Assembly: GCA_017453885.1 (NCBI GenBank)
Contig: JAFTDZ010000274.1
Coordinates: 1-37,774 of the forward strand
Length of the DNA stretch: 37,774 nucleotides
DNA from: Clostridia bacterium
Lineage (GTDB): Bacteria > Bacillota > Clostridia > Christensenellales > Borkfalkiaceae
Reading direction: 5' to 3'
Position 1 is the first letter of the stretch. Each line of letters starts with the position of its first letter. The position numbers were made by a program, and so were the translations under genes. Positions 8,826 to 19,300 of the stretch are shown in pieces. Under the pieces are notes generated by a model. The model was given only the letters and a program-made list of their open reading frames with translations. It did not search any database and had not been told where the DNA came from.

Positions 8826-9863
8826 TTATATTTTCCACTCCCGCAGAAAACGGATACGGGGGGTATCGGCGTCGAATACTACGGGCAACCACACGTAATT
8901 TGCCTCGGAAGTGTTTTCGTCGGAGAGGGAACGCAGATCTTCGCCCGTGTATTTTTTCTTCGCCTTATCGCTGAATATCCCGTAAAACACTTCGCGTATA
9001 TCCGGCATATCTTCAACGAGGTCGGTTAGCCACCTGTCGCCGAGGGCGATATAAACGTCCTCTTTCAGCGGGTGGCGGAAAACCGACGAAAATTGCGAGC
9101 GGAATGAATTTTCGTTCTTGTCGCCAACGCACGGGTTGCCGAGGTCTTTCCATTCTCCGTGCAGGTCGGTAATTTCGTGCAGCGCCGAAGGATTCGGAAA
9201 GTAACCCGTCGTGCCGGACGAAAGCATATAGATTTTCCCGCCTCTTTTGAATACCGCGGGCGCCTCTCTCACAAACGGCGGGCATTCGGAATGCAGGTGC
9301 GCGGAATATTTATCGGAAAGCCCCGTGTAATCCTCGTCGAGTTCGTATAATACCATGCAGTCGTGCGGGTTTTCGAAAACGACGTAGGCTTTTCCGTTCT
9401 CCTCAAACAGATCGAAATCGCCCGCGCGGAAAGGTTCGGGGATTATTTCCTTGATAAAAATCATATTTTTAAGGCTTTTCCCTACGCATATGGAAAACCC
9501 GCAGGCGCCGAAGTCCGTGCGGGAAGTCTTTGCCCAAAGCACGTAATTGCCCGTCTTTTTATTGTAAATTATATGCGGCCTGTCCATTATGTTGGAAGGG
9601 TGAAAGGGGTTGCTTTTATCCTCGCTCTCTTTTACTGCAAAGCCTTCGTCCCGCCAGTTGTATAGATCGGCGGAAGAATACAATTTCACGCCGTGGTGCC
9701 AGAAGGGGCAACGCTCGCCCGTCGCCGTGCCGGTAACGCCTTCCTTATTTTCGCCGTACCACCAGAATTTTTCTTCGGCGTAAATTATCGAACCGCCGTG
9801 CGCCTGTATGCGTTTGCCGGAAGCGTCGTACCAGATCTTACCCGGCCGTATTTTATCGTACAT
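8826..9863 (-). CDS. GH43 five-bladed beta-propeller glycosidase (subfamily-24-like, exo-beta-1,3-galactanase type?), cytoplasmic
   Basis: The N-terminus KIWYDASGKRIQAHGGSIIYAEEKFWWYGENKEG matches the remembered GH43_24 pattern (W.D..G..IQAHGG....YYWYGE). There is no signal peptide. RBS AAAGGAGAAA lies upstream. Confidence 0.75.
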   Translation of the reverse strand: MYDKIRPGKIWYDASGKRIQAHGGSIIYAEEKFWWYGENKEGVTGTATGERCPFWHHGVKLYSSADLYNWRDEGFAVKESEDKSNPFHPSNIMDRPHIIYNKKTGNYVLWAKTSRTDFGACGFSICVGKSLKNMIFIKEIIPEPFRAGDFDLFEENGKAYVVFENPHDCMVLYELDEDYTGLSDKYSAHLHSECPPFVREAPAVFKRGGKIYMLSSGTTGYFPNPSALHEITDLHGEWKDLGNPCVGDKNENSFRSQFSSVFRHPLKEDVYIALGDRWLTDLVEDMPDIREVFYGIFSDKAKKKYTGEDLRSLSDENTSEANYVWLPVVFDADTPRIRFLREWKI

Positions 9864-9885
9864 AAAAGTTTCTCCTTTTTCTGAA

Positions 9886-9914
9886 ATTATACTATTTTTA
9901 CGGCGAGTTGTAAA
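9886..9914 (-). promoter_or_regulatory. SigA-type promoter for the GH43 gene
   Basis: On the minus strand: TTTACA (9914-9909), a 17-nt spacer, then TATAAT (9891-9886). It lies about 23 nt upstream of the start codon region with its AGGAG RBS. Confidence 0.5.
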
Positions 9915-9957
9915 GCGAAAGAAATTAAAGCGTTTTACTTATCCGGCAAAATAAAGA

Positions 9958-10003
9958 TCCCGCGGCGGCACGAAGGCGAAAACATCGTTCGTACCCCGCG
10001 GGA
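9958..10003 (-). terminator. Possible terminator downstream of the DUF4434-like gene
   Basis: An 8-bp GC-rich stem, TCCCGCGG (9958-9965) with CCGCGGGA (9996-10003), encloses a 30-nt loop containing an inner 5-bp stem. On the minus strand it is followed by CTTTATTTT. The large loop makes this call weak. Confidence 0.3.
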
Positions 10004-10025
10004 AAAATCCTGCGATTGCGGTAAA

Positions 10026-10913
10026 TTATTTTTTGCCGTAATAATCTACGTAGCGGGCGTAAAGGTTTCTCGCGGCGGGATAGGTAGACTGCGGCGAAAG
10101 GAAATGCGAAAATTCAAACATTATCGTCTTTTCCGCATAGGGAGAGAGTAGTTCTATCTTGCGCTTTAACAGTTCGAACGAAATGGGGTAATAAACGCCC
10201 GTTTTCGGCAGATCCCTCTCTATTGCCTCCGCGTTCTGCCAGAATTCTATGCCGTGCTTTTTGCATATCGGGCGGATGTTTTCGTAATATTCCTTCATCA
10301 GGTCAACGCCGAACGATCCGTCCTGAAAGGAGCATATATCAATATTTTTACCGCTTTTATTGAATATATCGTCCCACTCGGCGGCGCTTTCTTTAGGGGA
10401 AAGTTCGTAGAAGAAAGGGCTTATCATCACCTTTTTATCAGGCGTTTTTTCCTTGCACATATCCGAAAGCGCGCTGAAAATATCGGTTATATTAAGTATG
10501 TTGTTTCCCACTTCGTGCGGAATATACCATCCGTAAAAGGAAGGTATATCGCCGTATTTTTCCACTATTTCTTTAACGAAAAGTTTATTTTGCTTTATTT
10601 CCGTTTCGGCGTCGCCGTCGTTCCAGGTCAGGTTGGAAATATACATTCCCACGAAAACCTTCATATTCCTCTCCGCGGCTTTTTTCAGGATCATTCCCGC
10701 AAAGTCGTCCGATTCTTCGGTCCTGTACGTGGGGAATATCTTTGAAACGTAATTGGTGCGGTTATAAAAACCGCCGCGGATAAGTATAAGCGTGTCGATG
10801 CCTACTCCCTTCATATAGTCGAGGTCTTTCGCCCATTGTTCGTCCGACCAGTTCTGGGAAGGAATGTCGTAAGTCACGTCGTCTATAAACGTGCCCGTTA
10901 TGGGAAACTTCAT
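10026..10913 (-). CDS. DUF4434-like TIM-barrel protein (putative glycosidase), cytoplasmic
   Basis: The N-terminus FPITGTFIDDVTYDIPSQNWSDEQWAKDLDYMKGVGIDTLILIRGG resembles the DUF4434 family pattern as I remember it. The ORF is clean, with an AGGGGT RBS. Confidence 0.55.
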   Translation of the reverse strand: MKFPITGTFIDDVTYDIPSQNWSDEQWAKDLDYMKGVGIDTLILIRGGFYNRTNYVSKIFPTYRTEESDDFAGMILKKAAERNMKVFVGMYISNLTWNDGDAETEIKQNKLFVKEIVEKYGDIPSFYGWYIPHEVGNNILNITDIFSALSDMCKEKTPDKKVMISPFFYELSPKESAAEWDDIFNKSGKNIDICSFQDGSFGVDLMKEYYENIRPICKKHGIEFWQNAEAIERDLPKTGVYYPISFELLKRKIELLSPYAEKTIMFEFSHFLSPQSTYPAARNLYARYVDYYGKK

Positions 10914-10965
10914 TTTTCATACCCCTTTTTTTGTTTTTTTACGGCTTATTATCCCGTCAAAACAT

Positions 10966-10994
10966 ATTATAACATTGATAAGTCGGGCAGTCAA
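10966..10994 (-). promoter_or_regulatory. SigA-type promoter for the DUF4434-like gene
   Basis: On the minus strand: TTGACT (10994-10989), a 17-nt spacer, then TATAAT (10971-10966), with a TGt extended -10 element. Confidence 0.6.
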
Positions 10995-11108
10995 GCGCGG
11001 ATTTTAGCATAATGATAACTGCGTTTTAACGATTATTAACTTTATCTTTTTTTTACTTTCGCATATGCAAAGGTGAAAAAATGTTAAATTACAAGTTTTA
11101 TTTTGCTA

Positions 11109-11137
11109 TTGATATTGAAAAAAAAATAGAATAAAAT
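11109..11137 (+). promoter_or_regulatory. Candidate promoter for the GH78 gene and possibly the long downstream gene block
   Basis: TTGATA (11109-11114), a 17-nt spacer, then TAAAAT (11132-11137), in an AT-rich divergent intergenic region. Confidence 0.4.
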
Positions 11138-11165
11138 ACAATCAGAAAATAATTTTCGGCGATAT

Positions 11166-13559
11166 ATGATGAAAAGAGTTTACGATTTGCGCTGCCGCGG
11201 AGAGAGCGCGGCGCTCGGAATTTTCGATAACGCTTATTTTACCTGGCGAACGGAAGGCATAGCAAGGCAGGAAAGTTTTCGCTTGCGCGTTTTCGATCCG
11301 GCGGGGAATGTTATATCGGAAAGATCGGAGAAGTCGCCCTACGGAATATGTTACGCGTCCTTAGCCGAACTTATTCCTTTTACGAGATATTACTTCACCG
11401 TGGAAACGGACGACGGCGATGCGGTCACCGTATCCGAAAAAGGGTTCTTCATCAGCGGAAAAAAAGACGTTTTCGACGGGGCGAAGTGGATATCCGACGG
11501 AAGGCATTTCGTCGCGGAAGGAAAGGCGCTGGATTCGCCCGCGGTATATTTTCTCAAAAAATTTTTCGTGGACCGCGTTCCCGATACCGCCGTAATAAGC
11601 GTTTGCGGCCTCGGGTTTTACGAATTGTATATAAACGGTAAAAAGGTTGGCGACAGGGTGCTCGAACCCGCCTTCACCGAATACGATAAGAGGATACTCT
11701 ATTCTTCTTACGAAGTTTCACCGATGCTGAAAGAGGGTGAAAACGTTATCGAAGCGATCGTCGGCGACGGTTGGTACAACCAGACTACGACCGATACCTG
11801 GGGCTTTTACAGGGCGCCCTGGCGGGATTGCCCGAAGATGATCTTCCGCCTCGACGCGGGCAATCTTACGCTCGTATCTGACGAGAGTTGGCAATGCTCC
11901 CGCGGGGAGATCTATGCCGACGCCGTGCGTGCGGGCGAATATACGGATTTCAACGCGGAAAGAAAATACTTCGCCTGCTCCGTTTCAACTCCGCCGGGCG
12001 GCATGCCGGAACCTTCCTTTCTTCCGCCGATAAGGGAGTGCGAGGTCGTTTTACCCGTCGCCGTAAAGAGGTATGAGGGAAAGGTCGTTTACGACTTCGG
12101 AAAGAATATGTCGGGATACGTTTCCGCTATTTTTTGCGGGAAAAAGGGGACTAAAGTTTCTGTTTGTTATTCGGACAGGCTGACCGGAAACGGCGACGCG
12201 GACAACGAGAGCAACTCTATGTATATATCCGACGAAGGACTTTTATACCAGACGGACGTGTGTATTCTCTCCGGCGGCAAGGACGATTACAAACCGAAAT
12301 TCACCTACCACGGTTTCAGATACGCCGTTATCCGCGGCGACGCATTCGCCGACGAAGTAAAGGCTTATTTCGTACATACGGATCTGAAAAGGAAATTGTA
12401 TTTCGGCAGTTCGTCCGCCGCGTTGAACGATTTATATAATATGTCGATTCGGTCGATACTCTCGAACTATCACGGCTTTCCTACCGATTGCCCTCACCGC
12501 GAGAAAAACGGGTGGACGGGCGACGCCCAACTATCGCTCGAAACCTGTGTTTACAATTTCGATATGCGGGAAGCGTATCTTAAATGGCTCGGAGATTTCG
12601 CAGTCGCGCAAAGGCCGTCCGGTCAGATCCCCGCTATCGTTCCCACGTGCGGCTGGGGCTATAACTGGGGCAGCGGCCCCGCTTGGGATATCGCTTTTTT
12701 CCGCGTTACGCAGGCGCTTTACGATCATTACGGGGATAAAGAATCCGCGGTAAAATTCTATCCGCGCTTACTCGAATATTTCGATTATATTTCTTCTTAT
12801 GAAAAAGACGGGCTTGTTTGCGTAGGGCTCGGCGACTGGAATTACCCGAAAAATATCGATTTCGCCGTATGCCCTACGGAACTTACCGACAGCGGTTACT
12901 ACAAGATGATGGCGGAGATCTTAGCGGAGATATCGGACATCGCGGGTGACGGAAAAGGGGCGTTTTTCCGCGAAAAAGCGGACTTTATCAAATCCGCGAT
13001 ACTAAAAAAGCACGGCGGGGAGAAAAGCCTTACCGGGCTTGCCGCGCTATCGTATTTCGGAACTGCCGACAGAACAGAAGAAGTGGTCAATTATCTTGAA
13101 AAACACGATTACGCCGTACACGCTGGCATACTCGGCGTTAAATTCATTCTCGATACGCTCGGAAAGAGCGGGCGGACGGATGCAGGCTATAAAATGCTCG
13201 CGCGCAAAAATTACCCGTCTTTCGGCTACTGGATAGAGAACGGGCAGACGACGCTGTGCGAGGATTTCGAACTTACAAATTCGCTCAACCACCATATGTT
13301 CAGCCCCGTTGCGGAGTTTATAATAAAGTATATTTGCGGCGTTACGGCGCAGCCGGACGGCGATGTTTTTATCAAACCGAACCTTCCGCAAGGGGTGGAA
13401 AACGTTGACGTTTCATTGGAAACGTTTAAGGGAAAATACCGTATAAATATATATCGTAAAAACGGAAAAGTCGCCTTTTTCGCAGATTATCCGCAGGGCG
13501 GCAAAGTTTTTGCGGAAGGCGCTACCGAGGCGGAAGTTATTGACAGGGGAAACATATGA
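11166..13559 (+). CDS. Alpha-L-rhamnosidase, GH78, cytoplasmic
   Basis: GFYELYINGKKVGDRVLEPAFTEYDKRILYSSYEVSPMLKEGENVIEAIVGDGWY is the Bac_rhamnosid N-domain pattern. FPTDCPHREKNGWTGDAQL is the (alpha/alpha)6 catalytic-domain pattern. There is no signal peptide. Confidence 0.9.
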   Translation: MMKRVYDLRCRGESAALGIFDNAYFTWRTEGIARQESFRLRVFDPAGNVISERSEKSPYGICYASLAELIPFTRYYFTVETDDGDAVTVSEKGFFISGKKDVFDGAKWISDGRHFVAEGKALDSPAVYFLKKFFVDRVPDTAVISVCGLGFYELYINGKKVGDRVLEPAFTEYDKRILYSSYEVSPMLKEGENVIEAIVGDGWYNQTTTDTWGFYRAPWRDCPKMIFRLDAGNLTLVSDESWQCSRGEIYADAVRAGEYTDFNAERKYFACSVSTPPGGMPEPSFLPPIRECEVVLPVAVKRYEGKVVYDFGKNMSGYVSAIFCGKKGTKVSVCYSDRLTGNGDADNESNSMYISDEGLLYQTDVCILSGGKDDYKPKFTYHGFRYAVIRGDAFADEVKAYFVHTDLKRKLYFGSSSAALNDLYNMSIRSILSNYHGFPTDCPHREKNGWTGDAQLSLETCVYNFDMREAYLKWLGDFAVAQRPSGQIPAIVPTCGWGYNWGSGPAWDIAFFRVTQALYDHYGDKESAVKFYPRLLEYFDYISSYEKDGLVCVGLGDWNYPKNIDFAVCPTELTDSGYYKMMAEILAEISDIAGDGKGAFFREKADFIKSAILKKHGGEKSLTGLAALSYFGTADRTEEVVNYLEKHDYAVHAGILGVKFILDTLGKSGRTDAGYKMLARKNYPSFGYWIENGQTTLCEDFELTNSLNHHMFSPVAEFIIKYICGVTAQPDGDVFIKPNLPQGVENVDVSLETFKGKYRINIYRKNGKVAFFADYPQGGKVFAEGATEAEVIDRGNI

Positions 13560-16342
13560 ACGAATTTCTTACCGTAAAACCGAAAAACATTCTCTATGGC
13601 GACCGCGTGAAACTTTCGTTTTCGTTTACCGTGAACAGCCTGACGGACGATTTGGAAGAGGACGAAAACTTTCCCTACCCGGACGAGATATTGAACGTGA
13701 ACTTCGGAGAGACGGAAAAGTTTCCTTCCGATATGATCTATCAATCGAAATTCACGGTTTGTAAAAACGGCGATAAACTCAATTTTTACGGCTACGCGCC
13801 GGATTGGGCGAGAAAGACCGATCCGATACGCGATAAGTACGGCAACGATCTTTTTCAGGTCGGTAAAAAGTATAGTGCAGAGATCGTTCTTACCCGCAAC
13901 ACCGTTCGCATAAGCATAGACGGCGTCGCTTCCGACCTGTACGCGAACGCGCGCGAAGGAATAACGGACGTGGCGTTTTATGTGAGAAAAGGGCAGGATA
14001 TTACTGTGGAGAACTGTATCCTCGAGGAGCATCCTTCACCGGAAATACGCCTTGACGCCACGCTTGAAAAATTACTTTCCGCGGGCGCTTTCGCGGGGTA
14101 TCTGAACTACGTCGTGTCCGAAGAAGGGGTATATTTCAATCGCCTCAATACTATACAGAATATAAAATGCACCACCTGCAACTCCGGCGCGAGGGACAGC
14201 GGAGTTTCGCTCGATATATATACCGATTCTACCCGAGTGGAAATAGAATACTTCGTTGCGGACTGCGGCTTGCCCGTTTACGATCTTCAGTTCGGTTTTC
14301 TGGTAAACGGTAAAAAGATTTCCACGCCCGTTCGCAATGCGTCGAAAGGTCACGCGTATAAGGACGTTTTTACCGTTCCCGAAAATCTGCGCGGTGAAAA
14401 CCGCCTTACGTTGTATTTTTCAACGAACTTTACTTTGGCGGTAAAAAAAGTGTCACTCGATATAAACGCCCGCGTCGCCGCCGTAAAAAAGAGAAAAACC
14501 GCCTATTTCTTCGGCGATTCCATAACCGAGGGAAGCGAGTGTATCGATCCTTCATCACTTTTCGCAAACCGCGTGTGCGAGGCGTTTTCTCTCAAGGGCT
14601 TAAATCAGGCGGTATCGGGCAGAACTTTCAACGATTACAACGTTTTGGGCGATTATCCCGAAACGCCCGATTACGTGATGATCGCAAACGGCACAAACAG
14701 TTTCTGCATGGGCACCGCCGATAAGGAAAAGACTTTTTCCGAACTTGACGGGCTTATGACCGGCGTTATCGGCAACGTGAAGGAAAAGTTTCCGTCGGCA
14801 AAAATCATAGCCCTTCTCCCGATATGGAGATCGGACGAGGAAGGCGTGAACTTTTCGCTTAAAGAAACGAGCGCGAAGATGGCGGAAGTGTATTCCCGCT
14901 ATCCGAAGATTTGCGTTATAGATTGCTATTCGTTCATTCCGCCGGAAGAAAAGTGGTTTTCAAACCCGCAACTCGCCCTGCATCCCGTTTCGGCGGGGCA
15001 TGAAAAATATGCGGAAAACCTTATTCGTTCTCTTTCGGAAATAATGGGTAAGCCGTACCGTGAAAATCATAAAAGCCTCGCAAAACACGCGTTAAACGGG
15101 GTTAAACCGCTTTTTTACGAGGAGCGGGAAACCGTTCTCGCTCTTATAAAACGGCACGCCTTCAAGGTCATAAAGCCGCCCGAATACAAACTGAAATATC
15201 CGTTTACCGAGCCGGGGCTCGCGTATTCGCACACGCTTTGGGATCTCGACGGGTATCTCACCATCAAGTCCCTTTCGGACGCCGCCGAACTTCTCAAAGA
15301 GGACGAAACGTTCGATTACGAAAAGCATCGCGCCATGATAAACGAGGCTGCGAAGGGTAACGTTCTCAACTTTCTTGATTTTCAGGAAGAGGACGGGTTC
15401 GTTCCCATAATGATTAGATCCGACGTTTACGACGACGATTACGCCCGCCGCCCGAACACCTTCAACGCTCAGAAAGGGTGCTTGTGCAAGGCGGCGCTTA
15501 TCGCCTGCGAACTGAACGGCGACTACGATTGGATAGATACCGCCAAACTTGAAAAATACCTCGATTTTATGCGAAATACGCAGTTTGACGAGAAGAGCGG
15601 GCTTTATTTCTGGGCTGACGACGTTATGATCGGAATGGACAACAACCCCGCCGTTTTCGGCAGACGCCCGCGTACGGGAGCGGACATATACCTGAATTCG
15701 TTTATTGCGGACGACCTCTCCGCCCTCGTGAAGATAAAGGAGAAAAAGGGCGAGGACGCCGCATTATGGAAAGCCCGCCGCGACGAACTTATCTCGGCGA
15801 TAGAGCGTGAAACGTGGGACGAACGCGACGGTTTATATTACTCGCAGGATATCGACGTAAAAACCAACGAAACGGAAATTTTCCATAAAGGGCTCGGCGC
15901 TTTCTGGAAAACGATGCCGCTGAAAATAGAAACGTTCGCGTGTTATATGCCGCTCGCGTTCGGATTTGCAAACGACGGCAGGGCAAAGAGGGCGCTCGAA
16001 AGGCTTTCCGGCGACGGGTTGACGGCGCCTTACGGGATAAGGACGGTTTCAAAGTATGAAAAAATGTACGACCTAACGCCTTCAAACAACCCGTCTAACT
16101 GGTTGGGAGCCGTGTGGGGGCTTTCGTGTTACACGGCGTTTGAGGCGTACCTCAACTACGGCAGAGAGGACAAGGCGCGGGAAGTTTACGAAGCCACGCT
16201 CGAACTCTATTATAACGGAATAAAGAAAGTCGGCAGCATGAACGAGTCCTATAACCCGGAAACGGGCGAGGGAATATATTACGATATGTTCTTCAGTTAC
16301 AACACGCTGATCGCGTCGATGATGCGCGAAATAGGCGGTTAA
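13556..16342 (+). CDS. Fusion protein: N-terminal beta-sandwich region, SGNH/GDSL esterase (CE2-like) and C-terminal (alpha/alpha)6 glycosidase (GH63/GH37/GDE_C-like); cytoplasmic
   Basis: SGNH block I is AYFFGDSITEG, block III is MIANGTNS and block V is LHPVSAGHEKY. The C-terminal part (FLDFQEEDGFVPIMI, YFWADDVMIGMDNNP, PYGIRTVS, NPSNWLGAVWGLSCY, MNESYNPETGEG) resembles trehalase/GH63-type barrels. The ATGA overlap with the GH78 stop lies at 13556-13559. Confidence 0.75.
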   Translation: MNEFLTVKPKNILYGDRVKLSFSFTVNSLTDDLEEDENFPYPDEILNVNFGETEKFPSDMIYQSKFTVCKNGDKLNFYGYAPDWARKTDPIRDKYGNDLFQVGKKYSAEIVLTRNTVRISIDGVASDLYANAREGITDVAFYVRKGQDITVENCILEEHPSPEIRLDATLEKLLSAGAFAGYLNYVVSEEGVYFNRLNTIQNIKCTTCNSGARDSGVSLDIYTDSTRVEIEYFVADCGLPVYDLQFGFLVNGKKISTPVRNASKGHAYKDVFTVPENLRGENRLTLYFSTNFTLAVKKVSLDINARVAAVKKRKTAYFFGDSITEGSECIDPSSLFANRVCEAFSLKGLNQAVSGRTFNDYNVLGDYPETPDYVMIANGTNSFCMGTADKEKTFSELDGLMTGVIGNVKEKFPSAKIIALLPIWRSDEEGVNFSLKETSAKMAEVYSRYPKICVIDCYSFIPPEEKWFSNPQLALHPVSAGHEKYAENLIRSLSEIMGKPYRENHKSLAKHALNGVKPLFYEERETVLALIKRHAFKVIKPPEYKLKYPFTEPGLAYSHTLWDLDGYLTIKSLSDAAELLKEDETFDYEKHRAMINEAAKGNVLNFLDFQEEDGFVPIMIRSDVYDDDYARRPNTFNAQKGCLCKAALIACELNGDYDWIDTAKLEKYLDFMRNTQFDEKSGLYFWADDVMIGMDNNPAVFGRRPRTGADIYLNSFIADDLSALVKIKEKKGEDAALWKARRDELISAIERETWDERDGLYYSQDIDVKTNETEIFHKGLGAFWKTMPLKIETFACYMPLAFGFANDGRAKRALERLSGDGLTAPYGIRTVSKYEKMYDLTPSNNPSNWLGAVWGLSCYTAFEAYLNYGREDKAREVYEATLELYYNGIKKVGSMNESYNPETGEGIYYDMFFSYNTLIASMMREIGG

Positions 16343-16386
16343 TTAAAAAAATCAATAAGCGGCTTGAAGCCGTAAAGGAGGAAATT

Positions 16387-19300
16387 ATGAAAAAAAGAAA
16401 CTTACTTACACTTCTTTCCGTGATTCTCGCTTTATCTCTGGCGATAGGATTTTCCACGATGTACGTATCGGCGGAAGGAGAAACAACGGTCGATTACGCG
16501 CTTGACGGCGCGAAGTGGCAGAGATCGACTAATGCGGCGTTCGACGCCGACGGTATGCGCGCGACTGCCGCGTCCTACGCGTGGGTGACGAACGAGGTAG
16601 GCGGAAATTCCACCGTAAAAGTAACTTCCGTCGCGAACATAGCGGACAGCACCTGGGGATATTCCTGGGTAATGGTCAAGTCCGACGGCACGCAGACGGC
16701 ATGGGATCCCGGGCAGGCAACTTCTACCGGTAACTTCATCGCCGTGGGCATAGGTCGGTCGGCGGGCGCGGTTTACGTTTACGAATGCGCAGACGGCGAA
16801 GTCACTGTGGATAAAGCCTGGCGTGATTTCAATAACGCGTTCGTATGGTACGAGGACAGGGGAACCACCGTTTACGAGATCACTTCGACGGATACCGATA
16901 CGGGCGTTAAACTCGATATAACCATAACAGGTAAAGAGAACGCCCAAGCCGGCGGCAGCGCCGTGTGCAGTTGGACGTATAACTCCGCAAACAAACAACT
17001 TTGGGGAAATCAGAACATTATAATCGGTCACACCGGCAGCGGAACTTTCGACGGAACTCAATATTATAAATACAACGTTGAAGTTACCGACAGGGCTTCC
17101 GCCTACGTTTACGATCCTTATACCCGTTACGATAACGACGCGGAAAAGTGGGGAACTTTATCCAACGTGACCGTTACCGATAGCGGAATGTATCAGACGG
17201 CAAATTCTTCCTCTGCGATAACTACGCCGTTCGGCGGCAACGCAACTATAAAGTTGGACGTGGACTTCGTGGAAGCGGCAGGCGGCTGGGGCGGCCTTAT
17301 GGTTATGGTGAAAGGCTCCGCGGAAGATTACGCGGCGACCGCGTGGGGTTGGGGATCGCCCGATCGCCCGGTGGTAAATTCGGCGCAAGGCAGTTGGATC
17401 GCCGTGTTTATCGGCAACGGCAAATGCGGCGTTATAACCTGCGATAACGGTACGGTCACCGAAAAGACGGACGCCGAAGCGTTTACCGGAATAAACGGAA
17501 ATTCCTTCTGGTACGTTCATAAACAGAAAAACTCTTTCGTCATCACTACCGAAGATTATGCCGACGGAGCGAAGATAAATATAGCCTTTACCCCTTCCGG
17601 TTACGCGGCAAACACTGGTGACACATATTTTTATACGGCGAATATAGAAAATAAGGCGCTTTGGGGCGAACAAAGCCTCGCCGTTCTCACGACCACGGGC
17701 GGCGGAACGTATAACGCCGAAACCAACGCTTACGGCGTTAAGATAGCCGCCGAAGATTCCGGTTACGAGTATGTAGTTGACGACGGCAGCGTCCGTTACG
17801 ATAACGACGCGGAAAAATGGGAAACTTTATCCAACGTGACCGTTACCGAGGACGGAATGTATCAGACTAACGCCGTCAACGGAAATTCTTCCGCGGTATC
17901 CGTCGCTTTCGGCGCAAACGCCACCGTTAAACTTACCGTTGACTACGTAAATGCGAACGGCGGTTACGGCGGACTTATCGTTATGGTAAAAGGCACCGCG
18001 GCGGATTACGCCGGCACGGTGTGGAAATGGGACAGTGCCACCGCGAGCGCAACTTCGGCGCAAGGCAGTTGGGTAGCCGTATATATCTATAACGGAGCCG
18101 CGGGCGTATATATCTGCAAGAACGGCGTTGTTACCGATATTTCCAATGCGTTTGCGGGAATAAACGGGTATTCCTTCTGGTACGTTCACAAACAGACGAA
18201 TACTTTCGTAATTACTACCGAAGATACCGCGACCGGCGCGAACGTTACTATATCGTTCACACCGTCCGGCCATGAAAGCAACACGGGGGCGACTTTCTCC
18301 TACACGGCGTCCGTTGAGGATAAGATGATATGGGGCGAGCAGAATCTCTCCGTGGTAAGCCTTTTCGGCGGCGGAACTTACGGTGCGGATACCAACGCTT
18401 ACAGCGTAAAAGTCAAGGCGGAAGCGTCCGAATACAATAAAGACATGGCGAAGGCTTACGAAGTTTCTGCGCTTATAAGCGCGATCTCCTACGAGGAAAT
18501 AACCGCCGCCAATTACACCGCGGTGAGGAACGCGACCGTAGCCGCGAGAACCGCTTACGACGCACTGACGCAGGCGCAGAAAAACCTTATAAACGAAGCG
18601 GAATACGCAGTTCTCACAAAGGCGGAAAGCGACCTTGAAAATGTGGACGCGTTGGTACTTGCGCAGTACGCGATAAGCATTCTGCCCGAAGGCGCGTTTA
18701 CCGTTGAAAATTACGAGGAAAATAAAGAACTCGTCCTCGACGCTTACGAAAAATACTCCGCACTCACCGACGAGCAGAAAGCGGAAATTTCAGATGACGA
18801 TACGCAGAAACTTCTTTCGCTGAAGGCTGCGCTCGACGAGTTTACCGTAAATTACGAAAAAGCGGCGGAAGTTGACGGAATGATAGCGACGCTTCCCGAA
18901 ACGATAACCGTTTACGGTGAGAATATGCGCGCGATAACCGCGGCGAAAGCGGCATACGACGCCCTTACCGACTATCAGAAAACACTCGTCGCGTCGTCGG
19001 CAAAACTCACCGCGGCGCTCAAAGCCCTCTCGGCTTATGAATACGCGCTTTACGGCAACGATTACAACTTTACCGCAAGCGAGGAGAATTTCGCCCACGT
19101 CGGCACCGAAGGCAGAATGGAATATTCCGAAAACGGCGTTACCGTAAACATAGGCGATAACGGGCAGAGTTTCGTTCTCGGCAGAAAACTCGGTAACGGC
19201 GAAACCGTTCAGTTCGTGATAGATTCCCGCCTTACCAATTCCGGTTGGGGCAACTTCTACTTCGTATTCAAGCACGACGAACCCGTAACGTGCCACAGCA

